DNA of 64,000 bases, from the sequence record PQ390715.1. One strand, 5' to 3'. A program made the position numbers and the translations under genes. The notes below the pieces were generated by a model. It saw only the letters and a list, made by a program, of their open reading frames with translations. It was not told where the DNA came from and searched no databases. How positions within the stretch are numbered: position 1 is the stretch's first letter; each line of letters opens with the position of its first letter. Positions 47,983 to 58,152 of the stretch are shown here, piece by piece.

Positions 47983-49788
47983 TTATTTGTGCTGAATACG
48001 CTCACAACACTCTTGTTGCTTGCCTTTATTGAAGCCACGCGAAGAAGGATTACCCAAGTACCCAGAAACACGACGAATCACTGAGATTGTCTTCTCATTA
48101 CGATTATCACATACAGGACAGTGGAAACCATGTTTATCTACACTGAACTCACCCTGGAAGCCACATTCATAACAATGGTCAACTGGTTGGTTAATACCAA
48201 AATATGGTATCTTAGTGTACGCATAGTTAACTAATGTTTCAAGTGCTTGAATGTTGTTTGCTAAGTTTGGAGATTCAACATAACTGATGTTTCCACCGTT
48301 ACTTAGGTAAGCAAACCCTTCTTCATAACTCCATTTATCAAATGGAGAACTTTCTACCCATACTGGTTGATGGAAGGAATTTGTGATGTAATCACGTTTT
48401 AGTACTGAAGGATATTTTGCTTCAATGCAACGTGCAAATTTATAACAAAGCGACTCTGCTGGAGTTCCATATAGACTAAAAGCAATATTACTTTCTTTTT
48501 TGAACTCATCACATTTTACTTTCATATAATTCAGTACTGACATACAAAACTCCTTACTGATAGAACCAGTGAGGATTTCTGAACATTCAACAAGACCAAC
48601 ATAACCAATACTAATACTAGCATAACCATTGTAAAATAGCTTGTCAATGGTTTCTTCTGCACCTAAACGTGCTAATGCACCTTCCATGAACAAAATTGGA
48701 TTCTGCTTCGCTTTAGTGCCTTTTAAACGCTCCACACGGTTCATCTGAGCACGATATGCAATATTCATATGCTCGTCTATCTTATCAAAAAACTCTCCAT
48801 CAGAATCACTCTCAAGAGCAATTAGAGGTAAATTGATAGAAACCACACCTAAATTGAAACGACCGTTGTATTGTTCATTTCCATTTGAATCTTCCCATTT
48901 TCCTAAGAATGAACGACATCCCATCGGTGTTACAGCAGTACTACTACTTCCCGTCACTTTGTGATTTAATGGAACTGAAACAAAGTCTGGGTAGATTCGT
49001 TTTGATGCACAACGCATAGCTAACTGTTTAAGGTCATAATTACTATCATTGGTATTCATGTTTATACCATCTTGTAAAAAGAAAATTACTTTAGGAAACA
49101 CTGGAGTAATCTTATCTTTACCTAAACCATTCTCATGAACTTTTAAGTACTGTTCAGTGATTAATTTACCAAATTTAGAAGTATTAAGCCCTAAACTAAG
49201 AGAAATGAATGCAGCTTGTCCATTAGTGCTAATCATTGAATTAGTCTGGTAAAGTAATGTTTGACATCCATCGTATACTTCTTTTCGTAATTCTTCTTCA
49301 ATGAACTCATCACTTAGATTATATTTCTTTTGTTTTTCTAACAGCTTATCCCATGACTTTTGAACGTAAGGTTCTAAACCGACATCAATGTGAGCCAACG
49401 ATTGACCGCCGTATTGGGAACTAGCTACAGCTTGTACAATCTGTGTCAGTACTGTACATGCTACACTAAAACTCTTTGGTTCTTCAATTTTGGCACAACC
49501 AATGGTAAATCCATTTTTTAGCATATCTGGGTAGTTAACTAAGCAACAGTTGGTTAATGGGCTGATATAGTAGTCTAAATCATGAATATGACCATAACCA
49601 TCATTATGCCACTGCATTAGCTCATTTGGAATAACATCTTGTGAATAATGCTTAGATAGGATACCTGCAAGTAAATCCCTGTGTGTATTGACGCATTTCG
49701 CATCTTTGTTCGCATTTTCGTTGGTAAGATCAGTATTGCTCTGATTGAGGAAATTCGTTACGTCAGTATATAATTTATCTAATTGCAT
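47983..49788 (-). CDS. nrdD: anaerobic ribonucleoside-triphosphate reductase
   Basis: ENANKD, HIHDLDY, NCCL, MGCRSFL, GRFNLGVVSINL, YGTPAESL, glycyl-radical RRVSGYL; start MQLDK after AAGGA. Confidence 0.97.
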   Translation of the reverse strand: MQLDKLYTDVTNFLNQSNTDLTNENANKDAKCVNTHRDLLAGILSKHYSQDVIPNELMQWHNDGYGHIHDLDYYISPLTNCCLVNYPDMLKNGFTIGCAKIEEPKSFSVACTVLTQIVQAVASSQYGGQSLAHIDVGLEPYVQKSWDKLLEKQKKYNLSDEFIEEELRKEVYDGCQTLLYQTNSMISTNGQAAFISLSLGLNTSKFGKLITEQYLKVHENGLGKDKITPVFPKVIFFLQDGINMNTNDSNYDLKQLAMRCASKRIYPDFVSVPLNHKVTGSSSTAVTPMGCRSFLGKWEDSNGNEQYNGRFNLGVVSINLPLIALESDSDGEFFDKIDEHMNIAYRAQMNRVERLKGTKAKQNPILFMEGALARLGAEETIDKLFYNGYASISIGYVGLVECSEILTGSISKEFCMSVLNYMKVKCDEFKKESNIAFSLYGTPAESLCYKFARCIEAKYPSVLKRDYITNSFHQPVWVESSPFDKWSYEEGFAYLSNGGNISYVESPNLANNIQALETLVNYAYTKIPYFGINQPVDHCYECGFQGEFSVDKHGFHCPVCDNRNEKTISVIRRVSGYLGNPSSRGFNKGKQQECCERIQHK

Positions 49789-49947
49789 TGTACATTCCTT
49801 GTATTTTGAAATCATCTGGGGGTGAAGATATTTAATATCACCAGACAACATTATAGCGTCAGAACAGGTTATTTCTCTTGACCTATATCAAGGAAAAGTC
49901 ACATTGGTTTTTATTTGCACAAATAGAAAAAGCACCACTAGGGTGCT

Positions 49948-50064
49948 TTAAAGTACTGCTAATATAACAACTGCCCAAATTAACAGTAATACATTGGTTG
50001 GTGCGGAAAAAAGCATATATGCAGCAAGTGCACTACAACCTATGACAAGTTTAGCTAGTCTCAT
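49948..50064 (-). CDS. 38-aa membrane peptide (not in ORF track)
   Basis: MRLAKLVIGCSALAAYMLFSAPTNVLLLIWAVVILAVL, followed by a terminator at about 49925-49950. Confidence 0.5.
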   Translation of the reverse strand: MRLAKLVIGCSALAAYMLFSAPTNVLLLIWAVVILAVL

Positions 50065-50236
50065 CTGGACTCCATGTAATAGTCACTGTGAAAGTGCCTT
50101 CCTGAAAACCAAACTCATCTTGTGGGATTTGTTCAGCTAATGGGTTAAATCTTGAATCGAAGGCTTCATGTACGTCTCTTTGAATATCATAGAGACTTTC
50201 ACCATCGTATTCTTTTTTGAAGATTTCATTCTGCAT
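50051..50236 (-). CDS. hypothetical protein
   Basis: ORF track. Confidence 0.7.
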   Translation of the reverse strand: MQNEIFKKEYDGESLYDIQRDVHEAFDSRFNPLAEQIPQDEFGFQEGTFTVTITWSPDETS

Positions 50237-50636
50237 TTAAACGTAACGACCCTCGGATTGTATATGGATAATTATCTAATAGATCGATTAGTCTATTAAA
50301 TGTATGAGTACTGATGAATGGATGTTTCTTAGCTAGTTCAATGCGTTTTTCAAAATCCATTATTGTAATCTCGGTTCTATTGAAACTACCTTTACGTCTG
50401 TACGTTAGTAAACGCTCTTTATGTCCATCAAGCTGGAAATCAAAATATGTTGTTGCATTATAATCACTATCATCACTGATAGGCTTTGAAAGATCCAGAT
50501 TATACGTAGTTCCAATCGCAAAAAAGTATCCACCATCTTCCAATGGAATATCTTTGTCGCTTAGATTGAAATCTGTTTCATCACCTAGTATATCAAATAT
50601 CTTGATACTTAGTGACATAAATTCATCAGCTAACAT
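50226..50636 (-). CDS. hypothetical protein
   Basis: ORF track. Confidence 0.7.
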   Translation of the reverse strand: MLADEFMSLSIKIFDILGDETDFNLSDKDIPLEDGGYFFAIGTTYNLDLSKPISDDSDYNATTYFDFQLDGHKERLLTYRRKGSFNRTEITIMDFEKRIELAKKHPFISTHTFNRLIDLLDNYPYTIRGSLRLNAE

Positions 50637-50647
50637 TTCTTTTTACC

Positions 50648-50866
50648 TTATTTGATAACTCTACAGTAGTACTGAATAATGTAAGGAAATAAAGGATTAT
50701 TTACGTATGTTGCAAAATTAGCTATTGTAACTTTTTTATAGTACGAATTATGAATTGTTATAAGAGTGTGGGGATCTATTGATTCTCTATTAGAGAGTTC
50801 AACATAACGCCCACACTTCATATAAGCCTTACCATAATAATCGTAAATTATATCGTATTTTTCCAT
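50648..50866 (-). CDS. hypothetical protein
   Basis: ORF track. Confidence 0.6.
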   Translation of the reverse strand: MEKYDIIYDYYGKAYMKCGRYVELSNRESIDPHTLITIHNSYYKKVTIANFATYVNNPLFPYIIQYYCRVIK

Positions 50867-51271
50867 TTATTCAGGATCTTTATTTTTATCAACTGTGTTG
50901 TTTTTATTCAAATCAATTTGCAAAGCCATTGCAGCTTCAGCATTTTCTTCATGTGTGCCATTGAATTTATACCCATTCTTGATGAGATTCACGGTGTAGT
51001 ACTTATTATAAAGAAATGCCCATACAACCATTGCAATTGTACCCACAATCCAAAATGACACTGCGTTGAGGATGAAGTAAATTACGAATGCACCGATGAA
51101 CGTAATAAAGTCACCACGAAACAATGCAGGGAACGGTCCAAAGAATAATGTTGTCCAAGAAAAACCAAAGAAACCATCTTTGCGTTGTCCTACATTTTCA
51201 TTTTTTAAAGAAATTGTTTTAGCCATTTTTAATCTCCTACTTTTTATTTGGGTTTGGTATACAGTACACAA
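50867..51271 (-). CDS. small membrane protein (start probably MAKTIS)
   Basis: GFSWTTLFFGPFPALFRGD plus two TM segments and YNK.Y....I..GY. Confidence 0.75.
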   Translation of the reverse strand: MCTVYQTQIKSRRLKMAKTISLKNENVGQRKDGFFGFSWTTLFFGPFPALFRGDFITFIGAFVIYFILNAVSFWIVGTIAMVVWAFLYNKYYTVNLIKNGYKFNGTHEENAEAAMALQIDLNKNNTVDKNKDPE

Positions 51272-51458
51272 ATACTAAATGATTAAAATGTTCTGTATTC
51301 GCATACTTTGCTAAGTCGGTTATGAGGAAGTTTGTATCTTTAAATCTGCCATCATTGTATGTTGTGATTTGAAAACGTAGTTCAGGTGCAAAAATATAAT
51401 AATAGAATATATCATTTACACACCCAACAGTATGCTTAGCATATCTTTCAATTTTCAT
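51237..51458 (-). CDS. hypothetical protein
   Basis: Start MKIERY overlapping the upstream stop (ATGA). Confidence 0.6.
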   Translation of the reverse strand: MKIERYAKHTVGCVNDIFYYYIFAPELRFQITTYNDGRFKDTNFLITDLAKYANTEHFNHLVFVYCIPNPNKK

Positions 51459-51823
51459 GTGTGGATAATCTCTTTCACCCCATATTCTTTTATTGCTAAT
51501 GAGCAAATTTCACATGGTTTAGCCGGAACAGGAATTCCATCTTTACTTATCCGTGCAATCAGTAAAGTATGAACATCAGCACGAGCAGCCAGTAAACATG
51601 AAATTTCAGCATGAAGAAACTCACCTTGCGGTCGCCCAGCACGAATGGCGAAACCCTTCTGTACTGGGTGAGTCTGTGTATAAGAATTTGTGCGAGTTGC
51701 CAGTACTCTACCTTTTTTATCAAGTGCACGAGCAATAACACGATACCGTTTGTAATTTCCTACTTGTTCAATAGGTGGCATCTGGCGTAATTCTTCGATT
51801 AGTTTCTCCAATTTACTATTCAT
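51455..51823 (-). CDS. small zinc-dependent cytidine/nucleotide deaminase-fold protein
   Basis: HAE and PCEIC motifs. Confidence 0.8.
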   Translation of the reverse strand: MNSKLEKLIEELRQMPPIEQVGNYKRYRVIARALDKKGRVLATRTNSYTQTHPVQKGFAIRAGRPQGEFLHAEISCLLAARADVHTLLIARISKDGIPVPAKPCEICSLAIKEYGVKEIIHT

Positions 51824-52446
51824 AAGTCTAAGTCTATACCCTTTTCAATAGATTTCTCTAGAACCCAAAGTTTACATTCTTCACTCTCCAAATGTATCTT
51901 TGCCTCTTTCTGTTGTTCTATTGTACAAGACATTATGAATTCACGCAAGGCTTCTATCGTATTTTTTAAATTTTTTATATCATCGATGATTTTTTCTTTG
52001 GTTTCTTCATCGATTACACATGAACTCCAACTGTGTCGTTCCTCCCAAACAGTTTTAGTAGGATTAAAAATTGATGGAGTAGATTTGAATGCATGGATCT
52101 TATTAAATGTGTTATCTGCTTCTTGTTGGGTGTAATCACCATATGTGTTTAGCACATTTTTGTATAATTTATCAATCGCCTCTTCATACGTATCACCACC
52201 ACAATCCAATTGATAATCATGTGCTTGTACCCATTCGTCGTCTTGCTCAATATACATTGGTGAAAGAAATTCTACCCAAAATTGAGTCTTTGTATTCAAT
52301 GCTTTGAAATCTTCAATTCGATTTGTCATTGGACACACATCATGAGGTTCTATATCAATCCTAGCTGGAACCATATCTTTGTTTATGAATTTAGGATGAG
52401 CCAAAATCCACCAGTACTTTTCAGATGTAGTCATAGTAATCTCCAA
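51820..52446 (-). CDS. hypothetical protein
   Basis: ORF track; GGAG RBS. Confidence 0.75.
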   Translation of the reverse strand: MEITMTTSEKYWWILAHPKFINKDMVPARIDIEPHDVCPMTNRIEDFKALNTKTQFWVEFLSPMYIEQDDEWVQAHDYQLDCGGDTYEEAIDKLYKNVLNTYGDYTQQEADNTFNKIHAFKSTPSIFNPTKTVWEERHSWSSCVIDEETKEKIIDDIKNLKNTIEALREFIMSCTIEQQKEAKIHLESEECKLWVLEKSIEKGIDLDL

Positions 52447-52480
52447 TTAAAAAGTACTGCCCACTGTGGTAGTACTGATA

Positions 52481-52840
52481 TTAAATGTAACGTTTCTTTT
52501 TATAATCATACCCTACTGCTTTGTAAAAATCAAACAAAGAAGCATGTTCAAATGTAGGTAATAGGTCATATGGGTGCTGATAGTTCGCAATACCAACAAT
52601 AGCCAGCATTGATTCAGCAGTTCTTACGTTCTCACTATCCCATTCATCCAAACGCCACAGTGAGCAAAGTACCTCTCGTTCATGTTTCTTACCCAGAAAG
52701 AATCCAGCTTCACGGTCACGAAATGCACCTACACTGATAGTACTTTTGTACCAGTCTTTTTCACCATATAATGGCATACGGATAATATGTTTTTCTTTAG
52801 CTTCTCCAAAGCGATGAAGAAATGCTACATAATCACTCAT
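52481..52840 (-). CDS. hypothetical protein
   Basis: ORF track. Confidence 0.7.
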   Translation of the reverse strand: MSDYVAFLHRFGEAKEKHIIRMPLYGEKDWYKSTISVGAFRDREAGFFLGKKHEREVLCSLWRLDEWDSENVRTAESMLAIVGIANYQHPYDLLPTFEHASLFDFYKAVGYDYKKKRYI

Positions 52841-53007
52841 AATTTATAACCCATTACAGGTTTGGTATGATCCGGTTCGTAAGACTTTTCAGTACTGAAC
52901 CCTCTGAAATTACCACGACCTGGATTCGGGCAAGCCATCCCTTGTACTGAATGCTTACCCTTATCTTTGCCACAATTTTTACATTTGTAGTCAATTACTT
53001 CTTTCAT
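52837..53007 (-). CDS. 56-aa putative Zn-binding peptide (not in ORF track)
   Basis: MKEVIDYKCKNCGKDKGKHSVQGMACP...; fills the gap with overlapping start/stop. Confidence 0.6.
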   Translation of the reverse strand: MKEVIDYKCKNCGKDKGKHSVQGMACPNPGRGNFRGFSTEKSYEPDHTKPVMGYKL

Positions 53008-53234
53008 TGTGCATCCTTCGGAACAGTATTAAGACGTTTGCGATTCACAATCTTCCTGCACATGAGGTTAAGATCTTGCCCATGACGCATAGTATGACAT
53101 GCGTATAGTGTTCCTTGATGATTTAGTTTTGTTAAACCTTGACGGATGATTTCAGCATCCATCTCATCAACTTTAGGAGCACATCCACTCAGAAATACAA
53201 TAGAAGAAATAATAAAAATATATAATAATTTCAT
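53004..53234 (-). CDS. small lipoprotein
   Basis: Signal peptide with FLSGC lipobox. Confidence 0.7.
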   Translation of the reverse strand: MKLLYIFIISSIVFLSGCAPKVDEMDAEIIRQGLTKLNHQGTLYACHTMRHGQDLNLMCRKIVNRKRLNTVPKDAQ

Positions 53235-53237
53235 AAT

Positions 53238-53417
53238 TTAATCACCTATACATAAGTACTCGATTGATGGTTTACCATTAACTAACACAATTCCAGTGTG
53301 AGTTAATACACAGTTGTCGGGAGCTTCTTCAAATACTGATACGTAAATGTATGAACCATTACTAACTGAACAAGATAATACCATAAGAACTGCGATTAGT
53401 ACAAGTAAAAATTTCAT
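53238..53417 (-). CDS. small lipoprotein (not in ORF track)
   Basis: MKFLLVLIAVLMVLSC...; 59 aa. Confidence 0.6.
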   Translation of the reverse strand: MKFLLVLIAVLMVLSCSVSNGSYIYVSVFEEAPDNCVLTHTGIVLVNGKPSIEYLCIGD

Positions 53418-53423
53418 ATGAAC

Positions 53424-54074
53424 CTACTTTTTTGATTTATGTAATGCAATTTGTACTCGCGTAATGAACTCACGCTCTACTTCTTCGGCACTGTGTCCTT
53501 CATATTGTGTCTTGAAAAGTTCCATTGCTTTAAGTGCCATCTTTACAGAAATGTCTGTAATACTTTCAGTACTGGTACTTTCAAATACATTTTTGAGGCT
53601 TAGTTCATCATCACTAACATCATCAACTTCAACTGGGGTGTTGTTTTGTTCATCAATGTAACGTAAAGCTTTGTACTCTGCTTTTGTTAGATTTTCATAC
53701 CAACGTGGGTGGTGGAACAAATCATGCATTGTAACTTTTGCTGCTTCCATGAGAAGTAATAGCTCTTCATTTCTGCGAATATGTTTTTCTTCACCTTTAT
53801 GATTTTTGTAAGTATATGCACAACGCATAATGGCTAATCGAACTTCACCTGCTTTGGTGATAGTGTATGAATGTATTGCATTATCATAATCACTTTCCCA
53901 TTTCTGACCAGCATATTCGTACCAAAGTTCATTAGTTTCCCATTTAATGAAATCAAATTCTAACAAACTGTCAATCAACTTAGCCAAATTACCACTGTAC
54001 TCACGGCTAATGATATTGAAACCACCATTGTACTTTGCAAGGTACAGAATCTTTTCTTGAGTTACATTTTTCAT
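53424..54074 (-). CDS. hypothetical protein, possible winged-helix N-terminus
   Basis: LIDSLLEFDFI...YTITKAG pattern. Confidence 0.7.
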   Translation of the reverse strand: MKNVTQEKILYLAKYNGGFNIISREYSGNLAKLIDSLLEFDFIKWETNELWYEYAGQKWESDYDNAIHSYTITKAGEVRLAIMRCAYTYKNHKGEEKHIRRNEELLLLMEAAKVTMHDLFHHPRWYENLTKAEYKALRYIDEQNNTPVEVDDVSDDELSLKNVFESTSTESITDISVKMALKAMELFKTQYEGHSAEEVEREFITRVQIALHKSKK

Positions 54075-54412
54075 TACATGTAATCCTTGATGTATTTTAG
54101 CAGTTTAGATTTCTCTTCGGTACTTAATGATTTCTTGTTCATTAAGTGTTTCATTTCTTGACGTTCAATTTCTTCACATTTTTTAGATTCAGCTTCAATT
54201 CGTGTATTATATTCTTCGTCAGTTTCTTCTCTGGTCCAAATTACATTGTATCCATGAAAACCGCCGTAACCACTGTCTGGTGAAAGACTAATGTGACCGT
54301 TATATTCAGCACGATACTTATCAAGAGTGTCAATAAAGGTATCAATGTCACACGGTTCAATTTCAATATAACCAATCACTACAGTAACGTCAATTTTGTT
54401 CATAAAGTTCAC
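54074..54412 (-). CDS. hypothetical protein
   Basis: ORF track. Confidence 0.7.
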   Translation of the reverse strand: MNFMNKIDVTVVIGYIEIEPCDIDTFIDTLDKYRAEYNGHISLSPDSGYGGFHGYNVIWTREETDEEYNTRIEAESKKCEEIERQEMKHLMNKKSLSTEEKSKLLKYIKDYM

Positions 54413-54430
54413 CTATAAAATTAGGGAGCA

Positions 54431-54988
54431 TTAGCTCCCTTTGTATTGATGTTTACGTTTAGTACTGTATTTCCAGCCAGTACTATGTCTTGTTCTGTTA
54501 TCGTCCCAATACGATGGTAATGAACGCATCTTACGTCTTCCACGTATATCAGGTTCCCCCTCATCCTTCAGTACTGCACAAGCCATACGACGCTCTTGTT
54601 GTGTCTTAGGACGCTTGTATCGGGAGTGGTTATGTTTGTACATATACGAACGCTTATGTCGCCATTCCGTATCACGAGCTTTACGTTTATGTTCCCAGTA
54701 CTCATTATAGAGTATCATGTATTCACCCATAAGTAAATCAGGAGATACAAGTAATCCTTTTTCAGTACAAAGATAATAACCCACAAACTTTTCTGGAAAC
54801 ATTTCGTAATAGAAACGGTTCTTCCAAAATGTTTCACGATTCTTTTTGTTGAATTCAGCTAAATCGAATTTCATCTTACTGTGGAAACGGTCTATACCGT
54901 CATGTTCCGCAATGTACTCTAACAGATTATCAATAATCTCAACTTTACCAGAATCGTGATACAACGTAAATGTTTGGTCAAAAAACAT
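54431..54988 (-). CDS. hypothetical protein with basic C-terminal domain
   Basis: RPKTQQERR...RGRR..SLPSYWDD...WK..KRKHQY. Confidence 0.75.
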   Translation of the reverse strand: MFFDQTFTLYHDSGKVEIIDNLLEYIAEHDGIDRFHSKMKFDLAEFNKKNRETFWKNRFYYEMFPEKFVGYYLCTEKGLLVSPDLLMGEYMILYNEYWEHKRKARDTEWRHKRSYMYKHNHSRYKRPKTQQERRMACAVLKDEGEPDIRGRRKMRSLPSYWDDNRTRHSTGWKYSTKRKHQYKGS

Positions 54989-55214
54989 ATGAAATCTCCT
55001 TTAAGTTAAAATAACCTAATGGAAAGTCATTCTTCCTTTAATACATGTTCTCATGATTTGTTCCTTTTGTCAAGATATAGATATAAAAAATCCCTGCCAA
55101 AAGACAGGGACGAAAAACTGAAATAACACATGGAGTTCTTTTTAATTTAATAAAAAGTATTATTATTCTTATAAAAGTATTTATTAAGAACTCCACAATA
55201 TGTCTTCAAATGAA

Positions 55215-55403
55215 TCAAAAACCTTTCTGAGCTACGAGTTCACGGTACTGTGCACGAGTTAGTACACCTTGTTTGCGTAGAGCTTGTAGACCAGATAGGG
55301 TTTCACTCTTACGTTGTTCGTACATACGTTGTTCTTTAGATTGAATAACTTTCTCTTTCTTAACTTTTGCTACTGGTTCTTTTTTCTTAGGTTGTTTAGC
55401 CAT
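55215..55403 (-). CDS. small basic protein (SHOCT-like tail)
   Basis: K-rich N-terminus; LQALRKQGVLTRAQY; AAGGAG RBS. Confidence 0.75.
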   Translation of the reverse strand: MAKQPKKKEPVAKVKKEKVIQSKEQRMYEQRKSETLSGLQALRKQGVLTRAQYRELVAQKGF

Positions 55404-55434
55404 TTTATATCTCCTTCTGTATTATGATAACAAC

Positions 55435-55464
55435 ATTATATCATGTATGGGACATAATGTCCCA
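55435..55464 (-). promoter_or_regulatory. GGGACA-class promoter overlapping a 10-bp-arm palindrome
   Basis: TGGGACA, N17 spacer ending TGA, TATAAT; palindrome TGTATGGGAC/GTCCCATACA. Confidence 0.6.
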
Positions 55465-55471
55465 TACAATA

Positions 55472-56911
55472 TTACATATTTTCTTCAGCAAATTCAGCTA
55501 GTGGTGAGCGAACAACACCTTCAAGTTCGATGACACGACAACCTGCCCAATCTTTAAACTTCTCAGTTACATATGTCAAACCACTGTTAACAGGACTAAT
55601 AAACTTACTGTCAATCTGACTCAAGTTACCCATAATTACTACTTTACAGTTTAATCCTGCTCGTGTCAAGATTGTTTTGGCTTGTGCAGGTGTAATGTTT
55701 TGGAATTCATCAACTACTAGAATAGTGTTGGTGAATGAACGTCCACGTACAAAGTTTAGTGCTTTAAATTGAATAACATTACGTTTCATAATCTCTTCAA
55801 TACTACCTTGTGGGTTAGCATCATCTTTATGAAGAAACTCTAACGCGTCAATTGCGGCTCCACAGAATGGAATAACTTTTTCTGCTTCTGAACCTGGCAA
55901 GAAACCAATATCTTCAAACTGTGAGTCTTGAGTTTTAGAGAAGATGATTCGGTCGTATTTACGTTTTTCCAGTACTAATTCTAATGCAGTAGCAATCGTA
56001 ATTAGTGTTTTACCAGTACCAGCAGAACCTAGCAGTACTGTTAGATGTACATCAGGATCGAGAATACTGTTGATGGCGAGTGCTTGTTGGATATTCTTTG
56101 CTTTAATATCCCATACTTTAGCACGTAAAGCTACTGATTGTCCAATATCTTGGAATACCAAAATATCTTCTGGTGTTAGTGTTCCATCATCTTCCTCAAT
56201 TGCTGATTGACCTTCGTACACAAATAATACGTCTGCATCATCATATAGATAATCACCGATGCATAGATTTTGTGGAAGCAAATGTTCAATCAAGCTTTTA
56301 GAAATGTAATGATACAAACGACGACCAACTTGTTCGGATTGAATATTAGTATTGGATAAGTTGCTATATACTTCCCAAAAATTAATTTCCAAATGGTGTT
56401 GACCAATGTGAATCAAATCACTATCACCAATAACAATATCATGGCGATAATCTTGTACCTCGACACCATAACTTAGTGCTTTGATACGCATGTTGATATC
56501 ACGAGTTACCAGTACTGATTCTGTTGCTAAAGCTACCAGAATGATTTTATCATCAGGTACTGTGCTTTTGAGAAGGGTTTGAACTTTCTCTTCTGAACCT
56601 TTAGTACGAATTAGTGCCTCAGCTTCTTCGTTTGTAATAACAAACAATTTGCTATCAGGATTCATATTGGTATGAACATCAGCAATATTAACACCAGTAC
56701 TACTAATCTCATCATGTGATGCATCTGCAATAATTGCTTCAATGTTACGAATAGCAACACGAGCATCGCGTGAAACATCTACATTACGACTCTTAATTGA
56801 ATCCAATTCTTCCAGTACTGTAAATGGTAGAATGATTGCAGCACCATCAAAAGCAATAGATGCATTAGGGTCAGATAGTAGTACGTTTGTGTCAATTGTA
56901 TATTTTTTCAT
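55472..56911 (-). CDS. phoH: PhoH-family PIN plus ATPase protein
   Basis: PIN IDTNVLL, VLEELD, LVTRDINMRIKA; GSAGTGKT; VRGRSF; DEFQN; GNLSQID. Confidence 0.92.
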   Translation of the reverse strand: MKKYTIDTNVLLSDPNASIAFDGAAIILPFTVLEELDSIKSRNVDVSRDARVAIRNIEAIIADASHDEISSTGVNIADVHTNMNPDSKLFVITNEEAEALIRTKGSEEKVQTLLKSTVPDDKIILVALATESVLVTRDINMRIKALSYGVEVQDYRHDIVIGDSDLIHIGQHHLEINFWEVYSNLSNTNIQSEQVGRRLYHYISKSLIEHLLPQNLCIGDYLYDDADVLFVYEGQSAIEEDDGTLTPEDILVFQDIGQSVALRAKVWDIKAKNIQQALAINSILDPDVHLTVLLGSAGTGKTLITIATALELVLEKRKYDRIIFSKTQDSQFEDIGFLPGSEAEKVIPFCGAAIDALEFLHKDDANPQGSIEEIMKRNVIQFKALNFVRGRSFTNTILVVDEFQNITPAQAKTILTRAGLNCKVVIMGNLSQIDSKFISPVNSGLTYVTEKFKDWAGCRVIELEGVVRSPLAEFAEENM

Positions 56912-56971
56912 AAAACATCCTTGAGTTATGAGTACATCCTTGTACTCGACTAATGTTATTGACTCGGATTA

Positions 56972-57274
56972 TTACATATTTGGTTCGTATTCAACATAGC
57001 AACGTGAACCTCGAACCTTTTCTTCCCAGCACTCCTGGTAAACAAGTTGACCAATTGAAACTGGTTCTCTTGATAGTCCATTACGTACTTCACCATTTTG
57101 GGTTTTATACATAAATGAACATTTGGACTCGCTACATTGTCCTAAACTAACAACTTCTGCGGTATTGTAGTGAATGTTGGTACGCTTAGTGTTCTCGTGA
57201 TACTGTCCGAACCAAAGAACTCCTGCACCTAACAGAACAGTACAAATAAGACTTTTGATGTGTGTTTGAATCAT
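56972..57274 (-). CDS. small membrane-anchored protein
   Basis: N-terminal TM; four Cys in the soluble part. Confidence 0.7.
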   Translation of the reverse strand: MIQTHIKSLICTVLLGAGVLWFGQYHENTKRTNIHYNTAEVVSLGQCSESKCSFMYKTQNGEVRNGLSREPVSIGQLVYQECWEEKVRGSRCYVEYEPNM

Positions 57275-57591
57275 AATGAGTTAAATCCATTGTTTAAGTA
57301 TGTTTCAATATTAATTTTACCAACAGGATTACTACTGTGAACAAAGTACTCAAACGGTTCTTTAATATTATTATCAAACATATAATCAATAAGAAACTTA
57401 GCAAAAGAATATCCAGTCTTTTCGTCTTCGCTCACATCACCCAAGTCATGGTCGAATGATACAAATGCTGGAATTCCATTTTCAATAACATATTCACATG
57501 CACTTTTAAAGTCACGACATACCACCATATCTTGGTTTGGATAATATAGATTTGCATCACGAATATCATCCAAAAACATTGAGTAAGACAT
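57271..57591 (-). CDS. cyclic-phosphate-processing receiver (cREC)-like domain protein
   Basis: FLDDIR, SFDHDLG, TGY..AK.L, HSSNPVG motifs. Confidence 0.75.
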   Translation of the reverse strand: MSYSMFLDDIRDANLYYPNQDMVVCRDFKSACEYVIENGIPAFVSFDHDLGDVSEDEKTGYSFAKFLIDYMFDNNIKEPFEYFVHSSNPVGKINIETYLNNGFNSL

Positions 57592-57600
57592 GTTAAACTC

Positions 57601-58152
57601 CTATAGATAACTAATTAGTAAGTTTTCTTTTTGAACCAGATACTCCAATTCTTGTTTTGCTGTACCGATGAAGTTCTGTGTCATAAGATTATTATATCCC
57701 GCTTCTCGATTTTGTCCCTTAGAATAACGAGAAATATGACATAAATTTACACCAGCAACTTCTGCACTTGCATGTTTAGCATTAGTGTATCCATCTCTAA
57801 TGTGTTTCAACTCGTCATAGCTCACTTCATAGCTAAAACTATGACTGTTTGCACCTGGGTAAATTTCAAAAGTTTTGAGTGGTCGAAGATGGGAAACAAA
57901 AATATTGTAATCCATTTCTTCTTGAACTTCACGACGCAACGCATCTTCTAGTGAGATATCAGTACTTTCTACGGTTCCACCACATCCACCAAGAAGACCA
58001 TCCCATCGTAATTGCAGTAATACTAAATTTACTTCTGGTATATCATTCAACTCATAGTTTTTGTAAGGGTTGCATTTTCTTGCAAAGAAATAACAAAATA
58101 CAAAATTTGCACGTGTGCCATATTCACCAAAGGGAACTTCTTTAACACTCAT
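57601..58152 (-). CDS. NUDT16-like Nudix hydrolase
   Basis: LLQLRWDGLLGGCGGTVE..DISLEDALRREVQEE; AKHASAEVAG; NFIGTAKQEL. Confidence 0.7.
   Translation of the reverse strand: MSVKEVPFGEYGTRANFVFCYFFARKCNPYKNYELNDIPEVNLVLLQLRWDGLLGGCGGTVESTDISLEDALRREVQEEMDYNIFVSHLRPLKTFEIYPGANSHSFSYEVSYDELKHIRDGYTNAKHASAEVAGVNLCHISRYSKGQNREAGYNNLMTQNFIGTAKQELEYLVQKENLLISYL

Noticed and set aside
55040-55075. TTGACA followed by a 12-codon ORF (MRTCIKGRMTFH)
   Set aside because: No -10 at the correct spacing and the ORF is too short to support.
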